From: an uncultured archaeon
GTDB lineage: Archaea > Asgardarchaeota > Lokiarchaeia > Sigyniarchaeales > SOKP01
Direction: 5' to 3'
Assembly (NCBI GenBank): GCA_964508365.1
Contig: CAZDTP010000004.1
Span: 33,681 to 97,680, forward strand
DNA length: 64,000 bases
This document shows positions 1-9,996 of this stretch, in pieces. Each line of letters starts with the position of its first letter. Positions within the stretch are counted from its first letter, which is position 1. Made by a program: the position numbers and the translations under genes. Below the pieces are notes generated by a model. The model ran no database searches, had not been told where the DNA came from, and saw nothing but the letters and a program-made list of their open reading frames with translations.

Positions 1-2075
1 ATTGGCAAGAAACTCGCGCTTTTTAGCTTATCTTCAAAGCATTCAAGAACATGTTTGATCTGATCTGCTTCATGTTGCTGAAATGTAATTGTAATAGACA
101 CTTGGTTGTCAGACCAATATTTCTGATAATCTGCTGCATTTTGTGCTTGCTCCCATATAGAAACATCATTTTTAGAACGAACGAAATATTTTTCGTGTAC
201 AGGAAATTCTACTACAATGGTATTGGGGGAATAAAGATCATCTTCAACAAAATATCCTGCCTTCTTTATAGGTGTTATCAAGTCTGAATTCTTAGAAATA
301 CGTATCCGTCTAATATAATACTCAGAATGAGGGTAATGGATTCCAGGAGGGACACCTGGAAGGAGGCTTACCGTTCCACTCGGTTTAACAGTTGTTATTT
401 TAATACTTTTTGGAATGCAAAGCCAACCAGAATATTGTTCGTCTAAAGCCTGAAGATATTCATATCCTTTATTAGACCATTCCAACATTGTTCTCCTGCC
501 GTTTTTAACAAAAGCCTCAATTATTCCTGTTTGTGAAATTCCCATTCTTCTATTTTTAAGCATTACTGCGTTGGTTTCTTGCCAATGAGTGTTAACGAGG
601 GTTACGGACTTAGAATAGAGATAAGCGAACTTCAATGTCTCTTGAAACTCCTCATACGAATCGTGGCGTGATGGAAAGCTTTCTACAAGGCAACAAAGTT
701 CGAAGCTTTCGAGTGTCTGTTCTCCACAAGGATTTACGCCAGCAGCTTTCTTATCTTTATAATCTGGCTTATCTCCCATTCGGGAATACGCCTTTGCGTT
801 ATCCAACCAAAAAATTCCAGGTTCTCCATTTACTGCAATTTGATCAGCAATAAAGGAATAATCTAATCCCTTAACAGCAAAAACACTATTATTACTTGCC
901 CATCGATGAGAATAAAGTTTTTTTTCGTCTTGTTTAGAGGTTATGAAATCCAAATCAGTAGCATCTCCAAGAGCAATTTCAGCGCTCCTCCTAACATTTC
1001 CTGCTACGACACATTTTCCAATTAAATTCATGATGTCTAAAATATCGATGGAAGTTATATGTTTACTTATTTTAGCCTCAAGAATTTTCTGAACGCTTTC
1101 TAGCATTTCCTTTAATGGAGCTGGACCGCTAGCAATTCCTCCAAAACCTCGAATGGGTTCACCCGCAGATCTTATTAAGCTATAATCAAAAACAGGGAGC
1201 TGTTTCCCTAAAAAAAACGCTTCTAGAACTATTCGAAGTGCTTCTACCCAACCTTCTCTACTGTCAGGAATCTTAATATCAGCAGTACCTTCTTGAGGTT
1301 TCTTAATAGTTATTTTTCCCGCACCTTTTGTATCGAACCCTACACCAACACCTAACATTAGAGCATCCATTACAAACTCGAATGCTTTTGAGTATTTCAA
1401 ATCAATATCTTCAGTAGAAGCAAAGCCACAATTATTCAACGACATTGACCCATGCCGGGCAATAAATTCAGTGCCCATCATCCAAAGACCTCTTCCAGGA
1501 GGTAAGAACTTAAAATCCCATATTTTCTGGTACATGGTCTGAGCTGATCTTTGAGCTTTTGAATCGCTCCAAGGCAGGCTTAACGTCATACAATGTTCCT
1601 TTTGTATCGAATAGCAACCTTCAACGACCCTTCTAATAGTTTCCCAAAACTCCTCTTTCCTCCCTTCTTTTTCAATAAATCGGGCATATGTTCTTTTATA
1701 TGTAATGTATCCTAATGGCCCCCAATCTGGTTGTTTCCCTTTGATTTTATTAATAAAATCTTCGTCTAATTTAAATGAGATGCTTTCTAAATTGATAGCA
1801 CGAGCAAATAAATTTCGATATTTATTCAAACCTCGTTGAGTTAGTTCTACACACACTAATTCCCTTATGTGGTTAGTAGTTATTTCATCAATACCAAGTC
1901 CAATTATTTTACGCACGACATCCTCTGTAACTTTCTCTGCGATGTGTATGTCAAGCCCTGTTTCCTTATTTAAAACCTTAGCAATACTGGAAACATCAAA
2001 CTCTTTTTTTTCACCTTTAGAGTTAATTACATGCTTAGGATATAAATCTACTAACGAAAACGAATTATCGGTCAT
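1..2075 (-). CDS. nrdJ: Adenosylcobalamin-dependent (class II, RTPR-type) ribonucleotide reductase with N-terminal ATP-cone-like domain; 3' end runs off the window
   Basis: Absent from the ORF track because no stop lies in the window. Hand translation from ATG 2075 (GGAGGA just upstream) gives MTDNSFSLVDLYPKHVINSKGEKKEFD...WGPLGYITYKRTYAR...FLPPGRGLW...NNCGF...GVNPCGEQTLESFELCCLVE...TTVKPSGTVSLL...YWSDNQVSITITF, which are RTPR/NrdJ motifs. Confidence 0.93.
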   Translation of the reverse strand, partial: MTDNSFSLVDLYPKHVINSKGEKKEFDVSSIAKVLNKETGLDIHIAEKVTEDVVRKIIGLGIDEITTNHIRELVCVELTQRGLNKYRNLFARAINLESISFKLDEDFINKIKGKQPDWGPLGYITYKRTYARFIEKEGRKEEFWETIRRVVEGCYSIQKEHCMTLSLPWSDSKAQRSAQTMYQKIWDFKFLPPGRGLWMMGTEFIARHGSMSLNNCGFASTEDIDLKYSKAFEFVMDALMLGVGVGFDTKGAGKITIKKPQEGTADIKIPDSREGWVEALRIVLEAFFLGKQLPVFDYSLIRSAGEPIRGFGGIASGPAPLKEMLESVQKILEAKISKHITSIDILDIMNLIGKCVVAGNVRRSAEIALGDATDLDFITSKQDEKKLYSHRWASNNSVFAVKGLDYSFIADQIAVNGEPGIFWLDNAKAYSRMGDKPDYKDKKAAGVNPCGEQTLESFELCCLVESFPSRHDSYEEFQETLKFAYLYSKSVTLVNTHWQETNAVMLKNRRMGISQTGIIEAFVKNGRRTMLEWSNKGYEYLQALDEQYSGWLCIPKSIKITTVKPSGTVSLLPGVPPGIHYPHSEYYIRRIRISKNSDLITPIKKAGYFVEDDLYSPNTIVVEFPVHEKYFVRSKNDVSIWEQAQNAADYQKYWSDNQVSITITFQQHEADQIKHVLECFEDKLKSASFLP

Positions 2076-2607
2076 TCTATTCCTCCAAATTTGATCACAA
2101 AAAATGCCTTTTAATTTTATCGGGTTTTTTAACTAATTGATGTTTTATATGCCTTAACCTAATTTTAATTTAAAGTTTTAATACAATATATAATTATTCT
2201 TTGAAATATATTAAGTGATTGATGAATCTTATGAACTATTATTTTAGTCAATCTCATATGATAATGGATTATTTATACATTAAATTATATCTAGTTAGAT
2301 TCAAAAAGTCATTATTTTTTAATGTCGAAATTATGTCGAGATATTAATAAATTGATTTTATTTAAGGAAAAAAAAGATTATTGATTTTATAAAATCAACT
2401 TATTTAATAAATATTAAATTTATTTCACGTGGACACTTAATAATCAGTAAATATTTGTATAGTATGAATGGTGAATCGAATTTGATATTTGAGATACTCC
2501 ATTCAATATTAGAGTTATTTCTTATTATGTTCTTAGTATTTATTGTTGGTACTTTAAAGAAAGACAACTCGATAAGATATTTTTTTTATGGATAAGAATT
2601 TTTTTTA

Positions 2608-4230
2608 TTATTTTGAATATTTTATAACATATAAGGGCCATTTTTTGAGAATTCCTTTAGGAATTTTACCAGTTCTTACTTTTTTTGTCATAACTGATCG
2701 ATCTTCAATGAAAGTTACAGGTTTTTCAGATATAAATTCCAACTTTATTGGTAGATTATCTTTGAATTTATCTCTGATACATTCTATAATTTCAGGATTA
2801 TCTAAGGATAGAGAATTATTAAAGAGGGGTAAATATAGCGTTTTTCCTTCTAAATTGCCCTTACTCATTAATAATAAGAGGGAGTCAATTAAATTATAAT
2901 ACACATCATTTATACATTCTAAAATTTCACGAGGTTTACGAAACTTAAAACCAGGAATGTTAAAATAATCTCCAACCAAAACCTCGTATTTTTGAGGGAG
3001 ATCAATTTTTTGAGAAATTATTATGGGATAATTTAATACAAAACTATCTCTTAAAATATTTCCATCAATGAGAGGAATTCCTTCTTGGGATTTGATATTA
3101 ATAACATCACCAGTATCAATATTAACTAATGGATTATTTTTCTCCATTCTAGTCATCAAAAGCCTTCCCATTTTTTCTTTAGAATATGATATTATTTCTT
3201 TATTTCCTTTTTTTTCTAAAACGGGCAATGAAAGAGGTAGAATATACATTTGGTTTAATCTTGAAATCTCAAAATTGCCCAAACTCGATGCTATTGCTCC
3301 TACTTCTGATGCTACATATAAGTTTGTGAACTTTTCAGACCCTTTCTTCCAGTTCATAAACTTTCTTATTAATATCCAATCTTTCTCTGAAAGTGAACTA
3401 ATACTGAATACAATAGTAGCATTTCTCAATTTTTCAGACAATTTCAATTGTATTATTTCTGCAGCATTCGTTAAACTATTGGTTTTTATTATTTTTAATA
3501 AACTTTCTAATTGAGGATCGTTAATATCATTGATTGATTTAACAGACCTATTAATCGCTGTCTTAAATTTATTGATGTCTGCCCACTTCAATATCGTTGT
3601 AGCAGGAGCAGACAAAACTGCGATATCTTCTAAATTTAAAATTTTAGAAATTACATCTATATTTGTAGCATTTTTATATTCGAAAAATGAATACGAATGT
3701 GGTTTAATCATTGATAACATAATTCTCTGTGAAAATTCAGATGAATACAAAGAGATGTATTTTTTCCCATTTACTTCTTTAAGTCCATCAAATTCTAATC
3801 TTGAGGGGACAAAAATAACCGCAGAATTGGTTTTTTTTAAGCCACTCGATTCGAATATAGCTTTCATACCAGGAGCCCAGTGTCTCTTTACATTTGAAAA
3901 AGTCATTTGATACCATTTTAATGCAGATAATCTACTATCTGTTGTTCCCGATGTGTGACATATTATGAAAGGCTCTCCATTTGGAGCTTGATTCAGTAAA
4001 GTCTCTAAACTGATGGAAAAACTGCTAGATTTAATTTTTTCACTTTTGATTTTTGCAAAAATGTCTTCCACATTATCAAGACCTGAGTTTTTCAAAACTT
4101 GATTCAAGTAGTCTTGTTTTGAATTAATGTTTAACCAATTACTCCATTTAATTGTATGGAGTTCAGAATATAATTCATTAATTATTTTCTGGATTTTTTT
4201 ATCGATATCGAATATAGGCATTTTCAACAA
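2608..4230 (-). CDS. GH3-like acyl-adenylate-forming enzyme (ANL superfamily)
   Basis: HTSGTT (P-loop-like), YVASEVG and IDTGDVI occur in the order and spacing of GH3 motifs I-III. Confidence 0.65.
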   Translation of the reverse strand: MLKMPIFDIDKKIQKIINELYSELHTIKWSNWLNINSKQDYLNQVLKNSGLDNVEDIFAKIKSEKIKSSSFSISLETLLNQAPNGEPFIICHTSGTTDSRLSALKWYQMTFSNVKRHWAPGMKAIFESSGLKKTNSAVIFVPSRLEFDGLKEVNGKKYISLYSSEFSQRIMLSMIKPHSYSFFEYKNATNIDVISKILNLEDIAVLSAPATTILKWADINKFKTAINRSVKSINDINDPQLESLLKIIKTNSLTNAAEIIQLKLSEKLRNATIVFSISSLSEKDWILIRKFMNWKKGSEKFTNLYVASEVGAIASSLGNFEISRLNQMYILPLSLPVLEKKGNKEIISYSKEKMGRLLMTRMEKNNPLVNIDTGDVINIKSQEGIPLIDGNILRDSFVLNYPIIISQKIDLPQKYEVLVGDYFNIPGFKFRKPREILECINDVYYNLIDSLLLLMSKGNLEGKTLYLPLFNNSLSLDNPEIIECIRDKFKDNLPIKLEFISEKPVTFIEDRSVMTKKVRTGKIPKGILKKWPLYVIKYSK

Positions 4231-4276
4231 TAAAAATAAAAGAAAACATGTTTTTTTAAACTGTAGTTTAAACCAT

Positions 4277-4807
4277 TCATATTATTCCATACATTCCACT
4301 TTCAGAATCTAAGAAAATTGGGAGGTTTGGAGGAAAATATGTGAAAATTATAAATAATAAACCTAATGTTATGAATATTATCCAAGAAACATAACTAACC
4401 CATTTAGCCTTCTCTCCTAATGACATAACTTTAGCACTTACATATTGACCAATAAAAACTCCGATAATAAAACTTAGGATATCAATTATTAATAGTTCAA
4501 CTCCTAGAATAGCTGTGTAAGTATAAAAGGTTATTAATATTACACTTAAATCAATTGAAATGGCTAAGGTCTTTGCAAATATCAAATTATTTGAATCTAC
4601 TTTGATAAATTTAAGTTCTAATAAAGAGTAGATTATTAATGGCCAGTATGGTAACTTCAAGTGCTCCCATACGCTCTCATTTACCGGAAAGATACCACCT
4701 ATGGGAGGCCAACTCCCTAACCACTCAAACATAAAATGGAATAATGCTCCTACAATGCTAATAAAAATGGCACCAAAAATTTCCCACTTTAATAATTTTT
4801 TATTCAT
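4277..4807 (-). CDS. DUF6512-family membrane protein
   Basis: Four to five hydrophobic helices and the motif FPVNESVWEHLKL. Confidence 0.75.
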   Translation of the reverse strand: MNKKLLKWEIFGAIFISIVGALFHFMFEWLGSWPPIGGIFPVNESVWEHLKLPYWPLIIYSLLELKFIKVDSNNLIFAKTLAISIDLSVILITFYTYTAILGVELLIIDILSFIIGVFIGQYVSAKVMSLGEKAKWVSYVSWIIFITLGLLFIIFTYFPPNLPIFLDSESGMYGII

Positions 4808-4972
4808 TTTCTCTCAATATTTTAATGGAATAAAACCAAATTAGAATTATAATGATTCTGATTATGAATTATAACGAGAATAGGTAAATGAATTTTTTTG
4901 TTATAGGTGAATTTTATTATTTTTTTATCAAACAAATATGTGAAAAGAAGAATCTTATAAAATTCTGTTATA

Positions 4973-5372
4973 TCATATTTCTATTTCAGTGTCACGAAAA
5001 TATTTAAGCTTCTTATAAAGGGATTTTTCTTTCTCAAAGCCCAATCGAAACTTGTCAATTCTTGGGCAATTAGTATCAAATCCACATCATTTTTTATCCA
5101 AATCATGGATTAAAGGATAATATATACATCCTTTTTGATGTAGTTCGTAGATTTTACATAGTTTGGTCTTTATATCTAAAAAATACAATGCCCTTCTACT
5201 TTAATGATTTGACAAAATCCCTCATTATTTAATTTAACAATTTTATCTTTCTTTAGATTTGTCTCAAAGTCCTTAATAATCAAGAATAGATCATTTTCAG
5301 ATAGAATAATTTCAGTTTCTAAGCAGATTTGCCAAAATCTTTACAAAGATTAATTTTTAAATGTTTTCCCAT
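4973..5372 (-). pseudogene. YkgJ-family cysteine-cluster protein pseudogene (paralog of 10991..11389)
   Basis: Hand translation: MGKHLKINLCKDFGK/CLETEIILSENDL...EGHCIF/LDIKTKLCKIYELHQKGCIYYPLIHDLDKK*CGFDTNCP...IEI*. It is colinear with the intact YkgJ gene but has two 1-nt frameshifts and an in-frame TGA at 5087-5089. Confidence 0.85.
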
Positions 5373-5481
5373 TGTTTAAATTAATAATTAAACCTCTTCC
5401 TTTTTAAATCCGTTAGATTTTAATTAGTTTATGACTTAAGATTTTTTAAAATAAATGATAATCTAAGAAACCATCAAAATT

Positions 5482-6393
5482 ATGACTGTTGAAGTTGAAG
5501 AATTAGATTCTGCTGACTCTAAAGAATCAAAAGAAGAAGTCACTAAAGAAAAAATTAAACTCCAATTTCATTGGTATTTGAGCATACTCTTTATAATTTA
5601 TTACTTATCTTATATCGTCTCTGGAGTCATTTTTCTGAGTTATATTATTTTTATATTTATTCCAAATGTCTTGTTAGTAGATAACCTCATTACGATATTC
5701 ACTAATCTTAAATCATTATTGGCTTTTTTAGCTTTACCTTTAGTTATTATGGTTAGTTATTTATCTCGCTTATTTATCACAGGATTGATAACTCGAATTT
5801 TCTGGAGATTAACTGAGAAAAGAAGCCCGACGAAAGATGGTATAATTCCACGAAATATCCCTTCCAAAACAGCTAATTATTACCATATAAGATCATTTAT
5901 GATAAAATATGGAAAAAACGCATTTATGAAAGGAGTGTTCCCGTGGCTGGCACCCTGGTTCTTTAATTATGTGGGAACTGGAATTATTAAAAGGGGCTCT
6001 ACATTAGAAGAATCCGTTGTTACAGATAAAAATATAAATGTCGGAAAAAATTGCTATGTTGGTTGCAATTCTGCATTATCCTCTCACTTTGTTGAAGGAA
6101 TATTTGGCAATATCGTCTATTTCGAAATCAAATTGGGAGAAAACACCACGCTCGGAGGATTTAACAATATTGCACCTGGATGTGAGCTAAGCGATAACTC
6201 ATACCTTTTACCAATGGCGGCTGCAACAAAACATAATACAACTAAAGGAGATAATTATTACTTTGGCATGCCCTTACGTCGTATTTTTAAGAAAAAGGTT
6301 ATGGATTACTTAAAAGTGAGTGAACAGGATTTATCTCGAGCTGAAGAATTAAGAATTAAACAAGAAAAAAAAAAATTAGAAAGACTAAATTGA
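5482..6393 (+). CDS. Membrane-anchored left-handed beta-helix (hexapeptide) acyltransferase-like protein, paralog A
   Basis: Two N-terminal TM helices followed by hexapeptide repeats (VGKNCYVGCNSALSSH, LGENTTLGGFNNIAPG) and a terminal YYFGMP. Confidence 0.8.
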   Translation: MTVEVEELDSADSKESKEEVTKEKIKLQFHWYLSILFIIYYLSYIVSGVIFLSYIIFIFIPNVLLVDNLITIFTNLKSLLAFLALPLVIMVSYLSRLFITGLITRIFWRLTEKRSPTKDGIIPRNIPSKTANYYHIRSFMIKYGKNAFMKGVFPWLAPWFFNYVGTGIIKRGSTLEESVVTDKNINVGKNCYVGCNSALSSHFVEGIFGNIVYFEIKLGENTTLGGFNNIAPGCELSDNSYLLPMAAATKHNTTKGDNYYFGMPLRRIFKKKVMDYLKVSEQDLSRAEELRIKQEKKKLERLN

Positions 6394-6440
6394 GCGATTT
6401 AGTAATATTTTAATTGAAATGGAGAGGAATTTATTAGATT

Positions 6441-7361
6441 TTGATTGAAGATACAAGTGATTCTGGACCTGAACTTCAACGGGAAATAGTTCAATTCCAG
6501 TATCAGAAATACATAGCCTTCTTCTTTTTTATTTATATAGGTTCTTATTTAGCGCCAGTCATAGCTCTAATGTTTTACCTTTTCTTAATTTTAAAACCCT
6601 TATTCTTAGAGGTAGACAGTTTTATTGTTATACTCACTAGTTTTGATTCTTTGATTATTTTTTTAACCCTCCCACTTGTAGTTGTTTTCTTCTATTTATC
6701 TCACCTATTTTTCTTAGGAATTTTTACACGAATTTCATGGAGATTTACAGAGAAGAGATCTCCGACTAAAGACGGGATAATTCCTCGTGATATTCTTTCA
6801 AAAACAGCAGATTACTACCACTACAGAAGTTTTATGATTAAATACGGCAAGAATGCTTTCATGAAAGGAATTTTCCCTTGGTTGGCAAATTGGTTTTTTA
6901 ACTTTGTTAAATCAAGCAAAATTGGAAGCGGATCCACCCTTGAAGAATCTGTAGGTAATGATAGACATATTGATGTTGGAAGAAATTGTTATATTGGAGT
7001 GAATTCCATATTAGCTTCTCATGTTGTTGAAGGTATTTTTGGTAACATCGTCTATTTTAAAGTAACAGTAAAAGATAATGCAACGCTCGGAGGTTTTAAT
7101 ACCATAGCTCCTGGGTGCGAGTTAAGCGAACATTCTTATTTATTGCCAATGGCTGCAGCAACAAAATTTAATACAACTAAGGGAAATAATTACTATTATG
7201 GTATCCCTTTTAGGCGGATCTTCAAAAAGAAGCTAATGGAATACATAAAAGTTAGTGAAGATGACTTGAATAGGGCAGAAGAACTAAGAATTAGGCAAGT
7301 AAACGCGAAACTCAACAGTTCAAATAAAGAAGAAATAAACAATAAAGAAAAACTAAATTAA
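6441..7361 (+). CDS. Membrane-anchored LbH acyltransferase-like protein, paralog B
   Basis: Closely similar to paralog A (TEKRSPTKDGIIPR, YHxRSFMIKYGKNAFMKG, SHxVEGIFGNIVYF). TTG start. Confidence 0.8.
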   Translation: MIEDTSDSGPELQREIVQFQYQKYIAFFFFIYIGSYLAPVIALMFYLFLILKPLFLEVDSFIVILTSFDSLIIFLTLPLVVVFFYLSHLFFLGIFTRISWRFTEKRSPTKDGIIPRDILSKTADYYHYRSFMIKYGKNAFMKGIFPWLANWFFNFVKSSKIGSGSTLEESVGNDRHIDVGRNCYIGVNSILASHVVEGIFGNIVYFKVTVKDNATLGGFNTIAPGCELSEHSYLLPMAAATKFNTTKGNNYYYGIPFRRIFKKKLMEYIKVSEDDLNRAEELRIRQVNAKLNSSNKEEINNKEKLN

Positions 7362-7379
7362 AGACATATGTGAAATAAA

Positions 7380-8300
7380 ATGACAGAAGAAGAAAAAGAT
7401 GAGCAAAAAGTTGTTAAGGAAGATGATGACACGGATGAGGACTCAGAATTTATTATAGACTTTACAACAAGCTCAGCAATAAATAGAGTAAGTTTGAAAT
7501 TTTTAGTTGTGTATATCCCAATATTCTGGTTTAGCGGTTTAGTAGTAGCTACCCTATGGTATAATTATACTATTAGTCCAGTACCTTGGGTTATCAAATT
7601 ATTGTTTTTACCTGTTTTATTGATAGCATTTTCGTTTCTTTTCATATTTAGCTGCTGCTTCTTCAGTAAATTATTGCTTATATTTATTAACCTTATTCAT
7701 GTCCCCAAAGAAGGAATATTTCGCACTGAAAAAGGTGATACTGACTTTGAATTTTGGAGATTAAGAACCGAGATTAAGAAGATAACTTTATGGCTAATAA
7801 GAAATTGGCCTCTACCCTGGATTGATGTGATAGCTTTTCGTTGGTTTGGAATTAAGATGGATTTTTCAAGCCATTTAAATGATTCATGGTGCGATGCTGA
7901 ATTTATTTCTTTTGGCAAAAACGTGACGATCGGCCAAGGCGCGGCGATTATGAGTTCAATGGTGGTAGGTAATTACCTCATCATTAAAAAGATTAGATTT
8001 GATGACTATTCACTTGTAGGAGGTCAGAGTACTATCGCCCCGGGAACGCATTTTGGGGAAGATACGGTGCTCGGTGCGGTGTCTGTAACAACCTTAAATC
8101 AAGAATTAGAAGACGGCTGGATCTATTCGGGTATACCAGCTAGAAAATTAAAACCCAACCAATACGCTGAAATGCGAAGAGATATTATTCATAAAGTAGA
8201 TGTCGATGGGAGAGAAAAAGTCGAAACTGAGCACGAAGTTAATATTGATGACGATAAAAAACATCTAATTAAACAAGATGATGGAGGTGTTAACGAGTGA
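7380..8300 (+). CDS. Membrane-anchored LbH acyltransferase-like protein, paralog C
   Basis: Two TM helices, PKEGIFR...FWRLR, then FGKNVTIGQGAAIMSS...GWIYSGIPA. Confidence 0.8.
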   Translation: MTEEEKDEQKVVKEDDDTDEDSEFIIDFTTSSAINRVSLKFLVVYIPIFWFSGLVVATLWYNYTISPVPWVIKLLFLPVLLIAFSFLFIFSCCFFSKLLLIFINLIHVPKEGIFRTEKGDTDFEFWRLRTEIKKITLWLIRNWPLPWIDVIAFRWFGIKMDFSSHLNDSWCDAEFISFGKNVTIGQGAAIMSSMVVGNYLIIKKIRFDDYSLVGGQSTIAPGTHFGEDTVLGAVSVTTLNQELEDGWIYSGIPARKLKPNQYAEMRRDIIHKVDVDGREKVETEHEVNIDDDKKHLIKQDDGGVNE

Positions 8301-9193
8301 GTACACCAAACTCAATGCGAGTCGGTCCTTTCTGTGCTAGCGTGTTAGTTAAAAAAAAGTACTTGATAGCATACATTTTTTTAATTTGGATAAGTCTGCT
8401 TCCCGCGATATTGGAAATTTGGTGGTACTGGCAGATGTTATGGTACGAGCCGCGACCAATTCACTTTTACATATTTCTACCCCTTTATTTATTCGTTATC
8501 TATGTTACAACTGTTCTTGTCGCCATCTTTTTCGCAAAAATTATATTAGTGATCGTTAACATTTTCCATAAACCTAGAGAGGGGGTGTTCCTTAGAGATC
8601 CTTCTGATAGGGATTACCGTTATTGGAGTCTTAGAAACACGATAAAAAAATGGCCAACTTGGCTCGCACATAAATTTCCATTTCCCTTCTTAGATAACAT
8701 ATGTTTTAAAATGTTTGGCGTAAAAACTAAATTTTCTAACTCCCTTTTTGAAGGTTGGGTAGATACTGAGTTTATAGAGTTCGGTTCTAATGTTGTTGTT
8801 GGTCAAGGTGCGATTATTCAATCTTCAGTAATTATAGGAAACTTTTTAATTATCAGAAAAACAGTTATCGAAGAAAACGTACGAGTTGGGGCACATGTAA
8901 TAATTATGCCTGGAACCCACATAGGAAAAAACTGTATTTTAAATACTTGGTCTTCTACAATGGTTGGACAGGAATTAGAAGAAGGGTGGATATACAATGG
9001 TGGTCCAGCAAAAAAGTTTAAGAAAAATAGGTTTTTTGAAGATATTCCAATTGAAAAACTTACTGAAACTATCGGAGACATGGACGGATTACTAAAGAAA
9101 TACGATGATCAATATGTTAAGAGAAAAATGAAAAAAAGGAAATTTCTTACTCGAAAAGATAAAGAGGAAAATGCCACGGAAGAAAAGGAATGA
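8297..9193 (+). CDS. Membrane-anchored LbH acyltransferase-like protein, paralog D
   Basis: GTG start overlaps the stop of C (GTGA), with GGAGG upstream. KPREGVFLR...YWSLR, FGSNVVVGQGAIIQSS, GWIYNGGPA. Confidence 0.8.
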   Translation: MSTPNSMRVGPFCASVLVKKKYLIAYIFLIWISLLPAILEIWWYWQMLWYEPRPIHFYIFLPLYLFVIYVTTVLVAIFFAKIILVIVNIFHKPREGVFLRDPSDRDYRYWSLRNTIKKWPTWLAHKFPFPFLDNICFKMFGVKTKFSNSLFEGWVDTEFIEFGSNVVVGQGAIIQSSVIIGNFLIIRKTVIEENVRVGAHVIIMPGTHIGKNCILNTWSSTMVGQELEEGWIYNGGPAKKFKKNRFFEDIPIEKLTETIGDMDGLLKKYDDQYVKRKMKKRKFLTRKDKEENATEEKE

Positions 9194-9984
9194 ACATGAA
9201 AATTGGATACGTACAAACTTCTCCAATTTTTGGGGACAAGGAGAAAAACTTTACACAAGTTAGGGACTTACTCGACAATGTTAAAGCGGATTTAATTGTA
9301 CTACCAGAGCTATTTGCTACAGGATACACTTTTGTATCAAAAAAAGAAGCAGAATCCTTAGCGGAACTTCCTGTTGGGAAAACTTCTGAATTTTTAATAG
9401 AACTTGCACATAAAACAAATGCAATTATTGTTGGAGGATTTATTGAAAAAGAAAATAGTCAGATATATAACTCTTCTCTAATTGTTTCGAGTAAGGGAGT
9501 TCTTGGCACTTATAGGAAACTCCATCTTTATTACAAAGAAAAACTATGGTTTTCACCTGGAAACCTGCCTTTAAAGGTTTATGAAATAAATAAAGTTAAA
9601 ATAGGAGTTATGATTTGTTTCGATTGGTTTTTTCCTGAGACGCCGCGCACTCTTGCTCTCCTAGGAGCAGATATTATAGCTCATCCCGCTAATTTAGTGC
9701 TTCCTTATTGCCAGAATGCTATGACAACCCATTGTTTAGTTAACCATGTATTTGCAATAACATCAAATAGAATAGGGCACGAAGCCAGAGGAACAGATAG
9801 TTTTACATTTACGGGAGGTAGTCAGATAACTTCGCAAAAGGGGAGTATAATATCTTCAGCGCCAACAGATCAAATTTTTGTAGATTTTACTGAAATCGAT
9901 GTAAATCAAGCTAGGGATAAGAGCATCAATATTTATAACAACCTTTTAAAAGATCGAAGACCAGAATTTTATCACATGAAATAA
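9190..9984 (+). CDS. Carbon-nitrogen hydrolase (nitrilase superfamily)
   Basis: E-K-C triad in LPELF, YRKLHL and ICFDWFFPE. ATGA overlap with paralog D. Confidence 0.9.
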   Translation: MNMKIGYVQTSPIFGDKEKNFTQVRDLLDNVKADLIVLPELFATGYTFVSKKEAESLAELPVGKTSEFLIELAHKTNAIIVGGFIEKENSQIYNSSLIVSSKGVLGTYRKLHLYYKEKLWFSPGNLPLKVYEINKVKIGVMICFDWFFPETPRTLALLGADIIAHPANLVLPYCQNAMTTHCLVNHVFAITSNRIGHEARGTDSFTFTGGSQITSQKGSIISSAPTDQIFVDFTEIDVNQARDKSINIYNNLLKDRRPEFYHMK

Positions 9985-9996
9985 ATTATTTTACTC

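Noticed and set aside
1-2075. Intein in the RNR
   Set aside because: Length fits cone plus core, and the spot-checked conserved motifs are contiguous and in one frame.
2076-2607. Cobalamin riboswitch or hidden gene upstream of nrdJ
   Set aside because: Extremely AT-rich with no recognisable B12-box. A ~60-codon minus-strand open stretch has no start codon.
5087-5089. TGA next to Cys in the YkgJ copy as Sec
   Set aside because: The Cys itself is retained (TGA TGT), and two frameshifts lie upstream.
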